Shown: in pieces, positions 63,769 through 64,000 of the stretch | Position numbering within the stretch: position 1 is the stretch's first letter | How the letters are laid out: the number at the start of each line of letters is the position of its first letter | Assembly: GCA_951406725.2 (NCBI GenBank) | Contig: OX597814.1 | Coordinates: 109,430,001 to 109,494,000, forward strand | Direction: 5' to 3' | Source of the DNA: Octopus vulgaris | Taxonomy: Eukaryota | Length of the DNA stretch: 64,000 nt | Made by a program: the position numbers and the translations under genes | The notes under the pieces: generated by a model | The model's input: only the letters and a program-made list of their open reading frames with translations | Databases searched by the model: none | Told to the model about the DNA's origin: nothing

Positions 63769-64000
63769 TATATTGCCCTCTTCCATTGAGATTTTTTCTT
63801 AGTTTCAACCAAAATGTTCCTCAATATATTTATTATCACTTTGCCCCCAAAGGATCTTGCATTTAATAACCATCACAATATATTTTGTTTATTTATCTTA
63901 GTTTAAAGCCAATTTAAATTCTAATTGGACAAATGAATCGAGCATTTTTAGACATCAAACTAATTCAGTTTGGTCTTCATCCCATTACACAAAGTCTTGG

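Overview
This is eukaryotic, AT-rich, repeat-dominated DNA. The SINE families and microsatellite load resemble an octopus (coleoid cephalopod) genome; that assignment is an inference. Nearly all ORFs in the supplied track come from SINEs or microsatellites. Splice-aware reading supports two real genes, arranged head to head around a CpG-retaining island at about 37.2-39.3 kb. (1) On the + strand, the 45-bp first coding exon of a Rab GDP-dissociation inhibitor (MDESYDVIVLGTGLK, 39348-39392), followed by an intron in which I found no exon 2 for the remaining ~24.6 kb. (2) On the - strand, an unidentified gene with phase-compatible exons at 37093-37210, 21274-21352 and 1579-1658, plus a candidate 21-nt microexon at 10364-10384; it continues beyond the left edge. 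The introns hold at least four SINE-like families, hAT/piggyBac/Tc1-type MITEs, Helitron-like elements, CR1/RTE/mariner/hAT relics, an LTR relic and large TA-based satellites. The most unusual signal is a short repeat family that joins a tRNA-derived Pol III head (A and B boxes) to a minimal type I hammerhead-ribozyme motif. Five of its six insertions are tail-outward inverted pairs, as seen in Penelope-like elements; the best copy is at 388-840. Two further hammerhead-like families and several local templated or permuted duplications are also visible. Repeat boundaries were read by eye and are approximate.
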